The notes under the pieces are model-generated. The model was not told where the DNA came from. It worked only from the letters and a program-made list of their open reading frames with translations, and made no database searches. Of a DNA stretch of 32,000 bases, positions 9,008 through 19,869 are shown in pieces. Origin of the DNA: Wolbachia endosymbiont of Dirofilaria (Dirofilaria) immitis. Its GTDB lineage: Bacteria > Pseudomonadota > Alphaproteobacteria > Rickettsiales > Anaplasmataceae. A program made the translations under genes and the position numbers. The stretch covers positions 660,001-692,000 of the forward strand of contig NZ_CP046578.1 of NCBI RefSeq assembly GCF_013365455.1, read 5' to 3'. Position 1 is the first letter of the stretch, and every line of letters starts with the position of its first letter.

Positions 9008-11880
9008 TCAACCAAAATATATAAACTTAGTACTACCACCACACAGTGTTGATACTTACAACCTTTTCTATAGAAAAATATCACAAATAATCAGGACTAC
9101 CAGCTTTTGGTCCAATGCCAAACAGTCCCTTTCTCCAATAACTACACGCTAACCGCTGCACCTATCTAATTGCAGCTGATGTATACATTTCTAACCTACA
9201 CTTTTTTTTACTTACTAAATTAATCTGACTCTGTATGCAGCTCTGCAAAAAAGACATCAGCCCATCATATTTTGGGTTGTTTATATTACTTATAATCTCA
9301 TTTAATTGAGACCTATCAAGATGTATGATATGCAAAATTGGACAAAACACTTCTTACTTCAATTGCAATTTTTTTTGCACTTAACAAATACCATAGAGAA
9401 AAAGAATAATACTGTAGAATTTATATTCATAGATACTTTAGGTAAGAGACTTGAATCCTTTTTCTTTGAAACCTTTTCATATATTCAGTTAGCATATTAA
9501 CAGATGCTTTGCTAATTACTGGACCAACATCAATGCTAAGTTGCATTGGATAACCAATCTTCAATCCTTGAACCGAATCACATATCACCTTTATCTGTTT
9601 TGCCGATGTACCATTTTAAATAAATATCACTTTAAATACAGAACAGCGGTAACCACTACTTCAATACAGAAAGTAAAACATCTGAAGTCACTTACTCTAA
9701 GTAATAGTCGAGATATCATAATTGTAACATTTAACCACCAGTTTAGCGATAAACAGTGTGATTAGTGGCTATCCATTTAGCAAGCATTTTACTAATCATC
9801 TGAACATTTGTGTTGAACTAGTAAAAGCTATACCAGAGATTCTATTATCTAGTGCTAATACCTTACTTAAATACTAACCATCTCCTAGAATAAGATGCAG
9901 TATATTTTAGCATCTTAGCTCTCATTCAGCATCATAACAGCTTTTACAGGCAATAATTGACACTTGTTCCACAGCTGCTTTGCCAGCACCACATTACTTG
10001 CTACAAGTACAGCTTAAACCTACTAATTAAAATAAAGATAGAAAGTAGAAACTCCATGGTAATATACACAAAAAAAATCTCTATCCTCAAAAAAATAAAA
10101 TTATCTTCACCATTGAACCTAGCAACCTTTTCCAGTCATCAAGTTCATTTTTTTTACTATCATTACATAATAACACAAAAAGTCAATTGTCCCCCCCCTC
10201 ACCTCTGCTACTATATGACAAAACTTTTCCTACTTCCACAACTAGAGATAAAATTAACTCTCCCATCCTTTTCCAAGCAAATCTACAGTTCTTTCAAGTA
10301 CTCAGTATATATCCATCACCTTTACTTAAAATATTCTACTCCAGCAAGAGCATTATATACTATTTTTAAGAACACTTAAGCCTGATTATTCGTTTGTATT
10401 TGACACTTTTCCAATTATATTCCCTAAATGTACCAGACTAATTACCTCAGTAAATTCAGCACCACCAAATAGTAACTCTCCATCAATCATTAGCTCAACT
10501 TACCATTTCCTTTTGCTAAGTTCTGTCATACCAGTTGCAAATTGCAAAACTGTAACTGAATTACCAATATCTACACATCTAAGAAATTTTCCTTTCCTCT
10601 CCAAAAAATCTCATTGCAACGAAATGCTTAGATGAGCTCATACTCCAAGCTTTTATATCTTCTAATAGATCTAAAATTAACTCTTTAATTTAACATGAAA
10701 CCACTTATTTGATAGATAAATGAACTATCAGCACATCTTTAAGAATAGCACTTAATTAATAAGGTACGGTAATAAATTACTATATTTACCAACTAGAGCA
10801 TACACATAGCAACTAATACTTATCGTAATCTAACATTGCGTGTTAAATTATACAAGCGCTTACACAGAATGGGTAAGCGTAGGACCTAAATCAGAGCAGC
10901 TTTTTTTCATCAGCAAGCTTCATTATAGTAGCAAAATTATAAGCATTTATTAACCACCAAAGCATAGATAAAAGTGACTTGCTTCATTTAAAAACCCTGT
11001 GCATAGACAAGGTAACACACATGTATATCTCTTCTAGCAAATACTAGATATCCAATTAACCCTAATTCTTGCGTGTCTTGCTCTCTGCTCCCAATATGCT
11101 CCTTTACAAGCTTCACCATAACTCTATATTTTAACCGAATGGCAACTCAATAAAACCAAGAACAGATAAAACACGTTTTTGATACGCACTTGCATAGCCA
11201 AGCTAAATCCTTTTTTCTGAGAGAACAATTTATCAAGACACAATTGCTGAACAAAACCAATGATATTACAAGTCTCTCTGATTCTTCTGTATCCTCAGCT
11301 GTGCAAGCAGTTTTACCAACCATATCAAAAGAACACAAATACCGCCATGATTATCTAACTTTATACTTTCTAACACCTTCTCTATAATTATTCCCAATAA
11401 TAAAGTACTTACCAAGCATTATAATATCACTTATTTCACTATTTTACAGATAACTTGCCCCCTAAATTTTTAAGCAACCTAGAAATGCATAACAGAATTT
11501 TAGATCTTTTCCTTCGAGATATCACTTCCTATCACTACATTCTACGTAGAAGCATTAACGAACAATAAAAAAAAGAATGCTCCAAGTGTGTTTACTCCAT
11601 CTTGATTAGCAATTCTATCTTCGATTAATTGATTTATCATATAATCATCTAGTATTCTAAGCAGTGATTCAACAATACACATATTAGCACTACTCTTTCA
11701 TCATTGGAAAATGAGTACTACTATATATATCTAGCTTACCACCCTTAATTTTTTACAATAATTTATTTTGCAATATTGTAAATTTTGTTTCTCGAGTCAG
11801 CCGAAAGTTCTATCTTTTCCACAAGATTAACACACATAACTTTTTTTCACCAGTACAAAATAAACCCCTGCAAAAGTTTT
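9008..11880 (-). pseudogene. putA: Degraded putA: bifunctional proline dehydrogenase / delta-1-pyrroline-5-carboxylate dehydrogenase
   Basis: Ordered PutA motifs on the minus strand across many frameshifts/stops: 'NDERVV..LICV..SLLRILDDYMINQLIEDRIANQDG' (~11.6-11.7 kb), 'AMQxYQKRVLSVLGFIE' and 'VMVKLVKG/AYWEQ' (~11.06-11.22 kb), 'NAYNFATIMKLADEKKLL' (~10.9-10.98 kb), 'NIIGKVSNTNE' (~10.4 kb), 'AEVR..IDFLCYY' (~10.16-10.21 kb), 'FLCILPWSF' (=VCISPWNF, ~10.06 kb), 'GNVVLAK' (~9.97 kb), 'LHIIHLDRSQLNEIISNINN' (~9.3 kb), 'NVYISCN*IGAAVSV', 'GLFGIGPKAGSPDYL', 'EKVVSINT', 'GGSTKFIYFG*' (9008-9200). 5' boundary approximate. Confidence 0.9.
10191..10198 (-). repeat. Homopolymer poly(G)8 (C8 on + strand) inside the putA relic
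   Basis: 'gtcccccccctc' in otherwise very AT-rich DNA. Confidence 0.95.
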
Positions 11881-12043
11881 CGTAGCCCGTTAAGTTCTTG
11901 TATAGAATTAATTATAATTATCTACATAACATCTTTACTATATAAGGTAAAATTATACTATAAATCCGCGTAGAATAAATCTTTACTTACATAAAGGCTA
12001 GAACTGAACAAAAAAGCTCAATAATTACTCAACATTTTATAAA

Positions 12044-14662
12044 TCAAAAAGAGTGCGCAAGTACATAATTCAATATTCCACCACTCATTAAATACTTTAC
12101 CTCAGTGACAGTTTGCACGCAGCACCTGAGCTGAATTGATTGCTCTGAATTACCATTTCTTTTAATAATACACTCTAGATCTCCGTTTGGCACTACTTCA
12201 CCTCTTATGTCTATCACCTCATTACCACTAAATACTTTTCTAGTTATTCCATCTCGAAATACGAGCGGAAGAACACCAACACCAATTAAGTTTGACCTAT
12301 GTATGCGTTCAAAGCTTTCTGCAATCACAGCTCTAATTCCTAATAACGCAGTACCCTTTGCTGCCCAATCTCTGCTTGACCCCGTACCATATTCCTTCCC
12401 TGCAATAACAATTAATGGAACAGCTTCTTCCTTATAGCGCATTGCCACATCAAAAATTGACATAGTCTCTTGAGAAGGAATATATTTTGTATAGCCACCT
12501 TCAATACTCACCATTTCATTTTTTATTCTGACATTAGAAAAGGTTGCACGCATCATTATGTTATGGTTACCACGACGAGACCCATATGAGTTAAAATCTC
12601 GTGGTTCAATCCCAAGATCTTTTAAATATATACCTGCTGGACTATCTAAAGCAATATTTCCAGCAGGAGAAATATGATCAGTAGTTACGCTATCACCAAA
12701 TATTGCTAATATTTGCGCGTTCTTTATGTTGATTACGTTGTTTTTACTACTCTCCACTGACAAATCAATAAAATAAGGAGGATTTTGTATATAAGTACTC
12801 CTTGTATCCCAGCTGTAGATCTCGCTTTTTCCACATTTTACTTTTTGCCAATGCTCATCGCCAGAGAAAACATTCCTATACTTTTGTATGAACATTTCAC
12901 GTGTTACAACACTTTTAACACAATTTTCAATTTCACTGCTTGTTGGCCACAAGTCTTGTAGATAAACATCATTCCCATTCTTATCTTTACATATAGGATC
13001 TTTTGTCAGATCAATTCGTACAGTACCTGCAAGTGCATATATAACAACAAGCAGTGGAGATGCCAAGTAGTTAGCTTTGGCTAGAGGATGAATTCTTCCT
13101 TCAAAATTACGATTACCAGATAAAACTGTAGCAACAGTTAAGTTTTTGTTTTTTATATCATCCTCTACACTTTTATCAAGCGGACCTGAATTTCCAATGC
13201 AAGTCATACAGCCATATCCAACTAAATTAAAACCTAAAGAATTTAGATCCTTTTGTAATCCTGATTTCCCTAAATACTCTGTCACAACTTGTGACCCTGG
13301 AGCAAGAGAAGTTTTAACCCAAGGCTTTGATTTTATTCCAAGTTTAACCGCATTACGTGCTACAAGACCAGCAGCAATCATCACACCTGGGTTTGAGGTA
13401 TTAGTGCAACTAGTTATTGCTGCAATAACTACGCTCCCGTCTTGAAGTTTATCACTTCCATCCAGTCTATTAACTGCAAACGATTTAGAAAAAGACTTTG
13501 AAACTTGTGAAAGAAAAACTTTATCTTGTGGTCTTTTGGGACCGGCCATTACTGGTTTTACACTTGACAAATCAAGCTCCAGCATATCAAAAAACATTAA
13601 CTTGTTACTGCTTCGCAACAATCCTTGTTCTTTTGCATAGACCTCAACTAACTTAATCAGCTCTTCTGGTCTCCCGGTTAAGCTTAAATAATCTAGTGTT
13701 TTCTGATCAATTGGAAAAAATCCACAAGTTGCACCATACTCTGGAGCCATATTAGCTATAGTTGCCCTATCTGCCACAGATAGATGATCTAACCCATTAC
13801 CATAAAATTCTACAAATTTACCAACAACACCTTTCATCCTCAAGACATTTGTAATTGTCAGTACTAAATCAGTTGTAGTTACTCCTTCTGAGAGCCTCCC
13901 AGTTAACTTAAATCCTACTACCTCTGGAATTAGCATACTAATTGGTTGACCAAGCATTACAGATTCAGCTTCTATCCCACCAACACCCCAACCAAGAATT
14001 GATAACCCATTAACCATAGTAGTATGGCTATCCGTGCCTATCACAGTGTCAGGATATACAACCCCATTTTTGTTACACACAACTTGTGCCAAATACTCAA
14101 TATTCACTTGATGACAAATTCCTGTGCTAGGTGGCACTACTCTAAAATTTTTGAAGGACAACTCCCCCCACTTCAAAAAACTATACCTCTCTAAATTCCT
14201 TTTTGCTTCTAATTCAACGTTCTTATCAAACGCAGAAATGTTCCCATAACTATCTACTTGAATAGAATGGTCAATCACAAGATCAACAGGCACAGACGGA
14301 TTTATTTTGCTTGGATCACCTCCATTTTTTTTTACATAACTGCGCATCGAAGCTAAATCAACAATAGCAGGAACTCCTGTAAAATCCTGCATCAACACTC
14401 TTGCTGGTTTATAGCTAATTTCATGATTAACGTGTTTCTCAACACAACTTGCTAGTATTTTTATATCATCAAGTTTCACATTCATTCCATCTTCATTACG
14501 CAATAAATTCTCAAGTAAAACCTTTAGCGAGCAAGGTAATTTAGTTAAATCTACCCCTAAAAATTCACTAGCAGCGCTGAGACTAAAGTAGCTATACAAC
14601 TTTTCGTTGATGCTTAAAACTGTTTTTGAGTTCAAAGAATTATTCATCTTGTGTAACCACAT
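12044..14662 (-). CDS. acnA: Aconitate hydratase A (start may be ATG at 14647)
   Basis: 872 aa; aconitase motifs 'VIGTDSHTTMVNGLSILGWGVGGIEAE', 'SCTNTSNPGVMIAAGL', 'GYGCMTCIGNSGPL', 'FNSYGSRRGNHNIMMRATFSN', 'GKEYGTGSSRDWAAKG'. Confidence 0.97.
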   Translation of the reverse strand: MWLHKMNNSLNSKTVLSINEKLYSYFSLSAASEFLGVDLTKLPCSLKVLLENLLRNEDGMNVKLDDIKILASCVEKHVNHEISYKPARVLMQDFTGVPAIVDLASMRSYVKKNGGDPSKINPSVPVDLVIDHSIQVDSYGNISAFDKNVELEAKRNLERYSFLKWGELSFKNFRVVPPSTGICHQVNIEYLAQVVCNKNGVVYPDTVIGTDSHTTMVNGLSILGWGVGGIEAESVMLGQPISMLIPEVVGFKLTGRLSEGVTTTDLVLTITNVLRMKGVVGKFVEFYGNGLDHLSVADRATIANMAPEYGATCGFFPIDQKTLDYLSLTGRPEELIKLVEVYAKEQGLLRSSNKLMFFDMLELDLSSVKPVMAGPKRPQDKVFLSQVSKSFSKSFAVNRLDGSDKLQDGSVVIAAITSCTNTSNPGVMIAAGLVARNAVKLGIKSKPWVKTSLAPGSQVVTEYLGKSGLQKDLNSLGFNLVGYGCMTCIGNSGPLDKSVEDDIKNKNLTVATVLSGNRNFEGRIHPLAKANYLASPLLVVIYALAGTVRIDLTKDPICKDKNGNDVYLQDLWPTSSEIENCVKSVVTREMFIQKYRNVFSGDEHWQKVKCGKSEIYSWDTRSTYIQNPPYFIDLSVESSKNNVINIKNAQILAIFGDSVTTDHISPAGNIALDSPAGIYLKDLGIEPRDFNSYGSRRGNHNIMMRATFSNVRIKNEMVSIEGGYTKYIPSQETMSIFDVAMRYKEEAVPLIVIAGKEYGTGSSRDWAAKGTALLGIRAVIAESFERIHRSNLIGVGVLPLVFRDGITRKVFSGNEVIDIRGEVVPNGDLECIIKRNGNSEQSIQLRCCVQTVTEVKYLMSGGILNYVLAHSF

Positions 14663-15474
14663 CTAAATGAAAAGGTCACAATCTTAACATTACAATAAAA
14701 CCGTGTAAATTCTCTGCATTACAGTAGAATAAACATAATCACCAAATTACCAGATAGCCAGTATTAAATAACTCCATCTGTTACAAATTTTAGGAATAAA
14801 TACCATAACTGTCAATAGTAAACTGAGGTAAACTTGCCAGACAAGCACCATCTTATGTAAAGCTTAATAAAAAAAATTGTAATAGCAGGCTAAAATAAAA
14901 ACATATTTGATATAAAAACTACGGCAATTCATTAGTTCTCTCACTACAATGTTGAAGTCATTTTACTTACTTTGCAATTTTTGTAGGAACCAAAAATAAG
15001 AAAAATTCAATGTATTTGGTGTATATCATGTTTAGCTTTTTGCACTATGTGCTAACTTTTTACAAGATGAAGCAAGCCCACGTAGTACTCTAAGGCAGCA
15101 AAAATATTAGATAGACGTAGAAAGAATCAGAACAATAGTTGCCTTAGGTCCTCTTGCTTTTTTTTGCTAAGTAAGCATCTCTAATGCCTATAGGATTTAG
15201 ATTAGTTGCACTTTAAATGTAGTTAATTATAGCCATAAATAAAAACACCATTATCTTAAAGCAAACAATAAATTAGTTACTGCTTATGATTTTTATAGTA
15301 AGTTTTTAAAAAGCAATTCATGAATAAGTATCTGTTTTTATAAAATAAATAGTCACTCCCATGATAACAACGTTTAATAGTTGGATTTTATATTTAGGAC
15401 AAAATTATATCTTGAAAAAGTCAAGTTTTAGTGTTATAAAATATAACTTCCACTTCCCAAACTTTATACTAATT

Positions 15475-16722
15475 ATGAATATAGAAAATAAAAAAATATA
15501 CAATACTAAGGTAAAATTACCGATATTTCTTGATTATCAGTCTACTACTAAAGTAGATCCTCGTGTTTTAGAAGTGATGATACCTTACTTTAGTGAGTTT
15601 AGCAATGCACACTCTCGTAGCCACTCGTTCGGCTGGATTGCCGAAGAAGCAGTGGGAAAAGCAAGAAAGCACATTGCAGATCTAGTAAACGCAGATAGTA
15701 AGGAAATTGTCTTCACCTCAGGCGCAACTGAATCAAACAACATGGCAATTAAAGGTGTTGCTAACTTTTATAAAAATAAAGGGGACCATATAATAACTGT
15801 TTGCACAGAGCACAAGTGCGTTTTGGATTCATGTCGACATTTAGAAAATGAAGGCTTTAAAGTTACATATCTACCCGTTAAGCAAAACGGAATTATAGAT
15901 TTATCAAAACTCAAAGAAACTATCACTGATAGGACAATTCTGGTTTCAGTGATGATGGTAAATAATGAAATTGGAGTAGTGCAACCTATTAAAGAAATCG
16001 GTGCAATATGTAGAAAACATAATATATTTTTCCACACAGATGCTGCTCAAAGCTTTGGAAAAGTGCCAATCGATGTTAACGAAATGAGCATCGATCTCAT
16101 GAGTATTTCTAGCCATAAAATTTATGGACCTATGGGAATAGGTGCATTATATGTACGTAGAAAGAACCCTCGTGTTAGGTTAACACCATTAATTAGCGGT
16201 GGTGGACAGGAAAGAGGTATGCGTTCTGGAACAGTTCCAACCCCTCTTTCAGTTGGTTTTGGTGAAGCAGCGCGTATTGCCAAAGAAGAAATGGAAATAG
16301 AAGCAACTAAGTTAAAAGAATTAAGAGATATTTTATACAGCAAGATAAAAGAGGCATTTCCTGATATTGTTTTAAATGGCGATTATGAAAACAGAGTCCC
16401 AGGCAACCTAAACTTAAGTTTTCCTTATGTCGAGGGCGAATCCCTTATTATGGCAATCAAAGATTTAGCAGTAAGTTCTGGTTCTGCATGTACATCTGCA
16501 TCTCTTGAACCTTCTTACGTAATAAGATCACTAAATAATGGCCATGACCTTGAGCATTCATCAATCAGGTTTGGTCTTGGACGATTTACAACTAAAGATG
16601 AAATTTTATACGCAGCAGATCTTATTGCTAGAAATGTTGGACGGCTAAGAGAAATGAGCCCACTTTGGGAAATGGTGCAAGAAGGAATAGATTTAAATGC
16701 CGTAAAATGGGATTTTCATTAA
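15475..16722 (+). CDS. iscS: Cysteine desulfurase IscS (track ORF opens at 15361; likely start ATG 15475)
   Basis: '[24 protein letters not shown]', PLP lysine in '[19 protein letters not shown]', active-site loop '[21 protein letters not shown]', Rickettsiales-type C-terminus '[13 protein letters not shown]'. Confidence 0.95.
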   Translation: MNIENKKIYNTKVKLPIFLDYQSTTKVDPRVLEVMIPYFSEFSNAHSRSHSFGWIAEEAVGKARKHIADLVNADSKEIVFTSGATESNNMAIKGVANFYKNKGDHIITVCTEHKCVLDSCRHLENEGFKVTYLPVKQNGIIDLSKLKETITDRTILVSVMMVNNEIGVVQPIKEIGAICRKHNIFFHTDAAQSFGKVPIDVNEMSIDLMSISSHKIYGPMGIGALYVRRKNPRVRLTPLISGGGQERGMRSGTVPTPLSVGFGEAARIAKEEMEIEATKLKELRDILYSKIKEAFPDIVLNGDYENRVPGNLNLSFPYVEGESLIMAIKDLAVSSGSACTSASLEPSYVIRSLNNGHDLEHSSIRFGLGRFTTKDEILYAADLIARNVGRLREMSPLWEMVQEGIDLNAVKWDFH

Positions 16723-17389
16723 ACCTTATTTAGCAGAGTGGCAAGGTAGAGAAAATGAGAAACATAATAGTAAAAAAGGTTAATCCTTTTAAAGAATGAA
16801 AGTGATAACACTTTAAAAAGACTGACTTAAAATTAAAGAAGAGGTAGTTTTTAAAGGTACTCTCTCTCAGCGGAGCAGTGAATAATATATAAAAGTAGGT
16901 TATGAGGCTCTACAGAAATTTAGAACAAAAATAAAGACAAGTAAAAGTTTAATGATATTGAGAAGTATAAAATATACTACTTAGCATAAATCTAGTATCT
17001 TCAAAGATTACATACTCAAAAATATGGTTGAACAACCCCTAGTAATATTTTATTACTAATAGTCCTTAAGTTAATTTTTATAATCTTTCCTAAATCTCTT
17101 GATCAGAAATTAAGTTTAACCTTTAAAAAATCTTCGGCATAAAAAACAAGAATATTCTTGCTTATTTTTGAAATAATATCTTAAAACTCTATTAGTGCCC
17201 CCGATACAAAAAGTTGAGTTCCTCAGTCCCATTACACCATTATAAATCCTGAGACCGCTTTTAATAAATAAAGCGTTGTCGATTTTCTTCGCAAAGTGGT
17301 TTTCGTAAAATAGATAAATTGCAGAGATACAGCTCACTAGAGCAAGAGACCTAAAAACACGCTTAACTTTACGCTACTAAACTAAAGCC

Positions 17390-17936
17390 TATCTAAGATA
17401 CGCTCCTTATATCGCTATCTTCAATAGTGTACCCTATTCCCTAAAATAGTTAATTACATTTAAACTCATAATACACGGGAGCAAAAAAATAATGAGTACT
17501 ACTTAAAAGACCTGCAATTTATCTTTATTAAGTTACCTAAATTTACAAAAAAACAAAGTAGAATAATCAGAAAGCACAGCAGAAAGATGTCTTCTAATGA
17601 GTAGAAGAAGTAACTGATAAGATTTAAGAAAAACAGCAGGAAAATCACCCATAACAAAGTTTACATACAACCAGTCAGGAAAGCTTTATCGAAATAATAA
17701 GAATTCAGTAACACATAAAGAAAGAATAATGAATTTATAGAAAGAAGTGCTACTTTAAAATAAAAAATCGATGATATTATAAAAAAAGTATATTTAAATC
17801 TCTATATCTCTATAAAAGGTTAGTAGAAGATAAAAGGCAGACTAAAGTAGCTATAGCTAAAAACTTACTTAAAACTAATGTCTCTATAAATGCTATTGCC
17901 AAAATTACTGGCGTTTAGATAGATGAAATAGAATGA
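17390..17936 (+). pseudogene. Degraded Rpn-family / PD-(D/E)XK nuclease-family transposase gene
   Basis: 17479-17601 is stop-free: 'EQKNNEYYLKDLQFIFIKLPKFTKKQSRIIRKHSRKMSSNE', matching the family's 'LKDLEFIFIELPKF' block. 17820-17936: 'LVEDKRQTKVAIAKNLLKTNVSINAIAKITGV*IDEIE*', matching the C-terminal 'KG..E.AKNLL..G.....IAK.TGLS.EEIE' helix. Frameshifts/stops between. 5' end uncertain. Confidence 0.75.
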
Positions 17937-18050
17937 ATTGATATAGCAGATAAACTATATACTCTTCTTTAATAAGAATAAAATTTGAAGAGAAATTATA
18001 GAAATGCTATAGATATTTACTTTTATCAAGATAATCTTAGAGAAGGTATA

Positions 18051-19046
18051 ATGTTTAATTTTCCAAATACACGTTTAAGGCGTAGGCGCTCAAGTAAATG
18101 GATCATGAACTTAACGAGTGAAAGCATTTTATCAGTAAATGATTTGATTTTCCCTCTTTTTGTTCACGACAAAAAAGAAACAATTGAATCAATTCCTGGT
18201 TTACCTGAAATAAAATGTTATTCAATAGACGGATTAGTTTCTGCAGCCCAAAAAGCTGAGGACTTGGGAATCAATGCTATTGCGATTTTTCCTGTAGTTG
18301 ACAGTAAATTAAAATCAAAAAATGCTGAGGAAGCATACAATCCGGACAATTTAATCTGTAAGGCAATTTACACTGTAAAATTAAAGGTACCTGGTATTGG
18401 TATTATAGCAGACGTTGCACTAGACCCATATACTACTCATGGTCATGATGGCCTTTTAAAAGAAAATCTGACAGATGTGGAAAATGATGAAACTGTGTCA
18501 GTATTGTGTAAGCAAGCACTCACTCTAGCAAAAGCAGGATGTAATATAGTTGCTCCTTCTGATATGATGGACGGTAGAATAGGAAAAATAAGAAGGACAT
18601 TAGATGACAATAACTTTCAAGATGTATTAATATTATCTTATGCAGTAAAATACTGCTCCAGTTTCTATGAACCATTTAGACAAATTGTTGGCTCATACAT
18701 GCCATCAAATTGCATTGACAAAAGTGGTTATCAAATGGACTATAGAAATGCAAGAGAGACAATTTGTGAAATTGAAATGGATATAAACGAAGGCGCAGAC
18801 TTTATTATGATAAAACCAGGTATGCCATACTTAGATATAATTAAAACAGCAAGCGATAAGTTTGACTTCCCGATTTTTGCTTATCAAGTAAGCGGTGAGT
18901 ACGCAATGATAAAAGCTGCAACAAACAATGGCTGGCTGAATTATGATAAAGTAATTTATGAGTCTTTAATTGGCTTTAAACGTGCTGGCGCAAGAGCAAT
19001 ACTCACCTATGCAGCACTTGATATTGTAAAAAATCTAACAGCATAA
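18051..19046 (+). CDS. hemB: Delta-aminolevulinic acid dehydratase (porphobilinogen synthase)
   Basis: 'DLIFPLFVHDKKETIESIPGLPEI', 'DVALDPYTTHGHDGLL', 'SDMMDGRIGKIR', 'YQMDYRNARE', 'MIKPGMPYLDII', 'YQVSGEYAMI'. Track ORF opens at TTG 17985, but ATG 18051 has an upstream AGAAGG. Confidence 0.96.
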   Translation: MFNFPNTRLRRRRSSKWIMNLTSESILSVNDLIFPLFVHDKKETIESIPGLPEIKCYSIDGLVSAAQKAEDLGINAIAIFPVVDSKLKSKNAEEAYNPDNLICKAIYTVKLKVPGIGIIADVALDPYTTHGHDGLLKENLTDVENDETVSVLCKQALTLAKAGCNIVAPSDMMDGRIGKIRRTLDDNNFQDVLILSYAVKYCSSFYEPFRQIVGSYMPSNCIDKSGYQMDYRNARETICEIEMDINEGADFIMIKPGMPYLDIIKTASDKFDFPIFAYQVSGEYAMIKAATNNGWLNYDKVIYESLIGFKRAGARAILTYAALDIVKNLTA

Positions 19047-19869
19047 AACACTTAATACAAGCCTGCGCTTACCATAGCAAATTAAGAAGCTCCTTGCATA
19101 GTTTTTAGCAGCACACTACTAATCTGCATTTACATAAAGACAAAAAGCTACATAACAACCTTTACAGCCTCTTCACTTAAACTAATGGTATCCAGTCATT
19201 CTCAGTCCACGCAGGTTAAAAACAACAAAAGTATTATGTAATTAAGACTTTATATTTAATTCTTTATATTATATATATTCCTCTATCTCCATTAGTCTTA
19301 CTTAGGCTTCTGTTTACCGCATAAGCTGAAACACATCTATGAAACTACAAAGCATTTAATGCAGTGTATGATATCAGTGTTTCAGACAGATATTAACCAA
19401 GTTTTACCTTATCCTTTTTCTACTTTATCTAATAAGCTTTCCAAATATTTATAGCTAAAACAATTCAAAAGCCTGCAAAGAGATGTCATTTCAGTGTCCG
19501 CCACTTGCTGGTATGATGTCCTAAAGATTTTCTAAACTATCAATAAACTTAAGTCAGTTCAGCCACAGATTAGGGGACACGTCTAATAGTTTAAGACATC
19601 AAGGCTATATAGAACAGAATGGCATTAAAACCTTAGTTATGTAATTAAAGTTAGCTACCCTAGTCTTGAATTACCTAGGTATACATTTTAACTAGAATAG
19701 TATGCAAAATTATTATGTCACCATTAGTACAATAACTAAACACCTTTTTCTCCTCCGTTTTAACACTACTAGGTGATTTCATAGAGAGCCAGCCACTCAA
19801 ACAAAACTAAATAATGCCTATACTGTACTAGCCACAGCCCAAAAGTTAATAAGACCGATGGTTATTGTC

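Noticed and set aside
9162-9350. 62-aa minus-strand ORF as an independent gene
   Set aside because: It is the 'HIIHLDRSQLNEIISNINN' fragment of the putA relic, not a separate gene.
9957-10379. 140-aa plus-strand ORF and the overlapping 10187..10369 ORF spanning the C8 tract (possible phase-variable gene)
   Set aside because: The opposite strand shows clear PutA homology through this interval; low-complexity Ser/His/Tyr/Lys composition indicates an antisense artefact.
11147-11338. 63-aa minus-strand ORF and its 65-aa antisense partner (11190..11387)
   Set aside because: Both lie in the PRODH part of the putA relic, and the PutA-like reading is in a different frame.
17116-17337. 73-aa minus-strand ORF
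   Set aside because: No recognisable domain, and it abuts a relic on the opposite strand.
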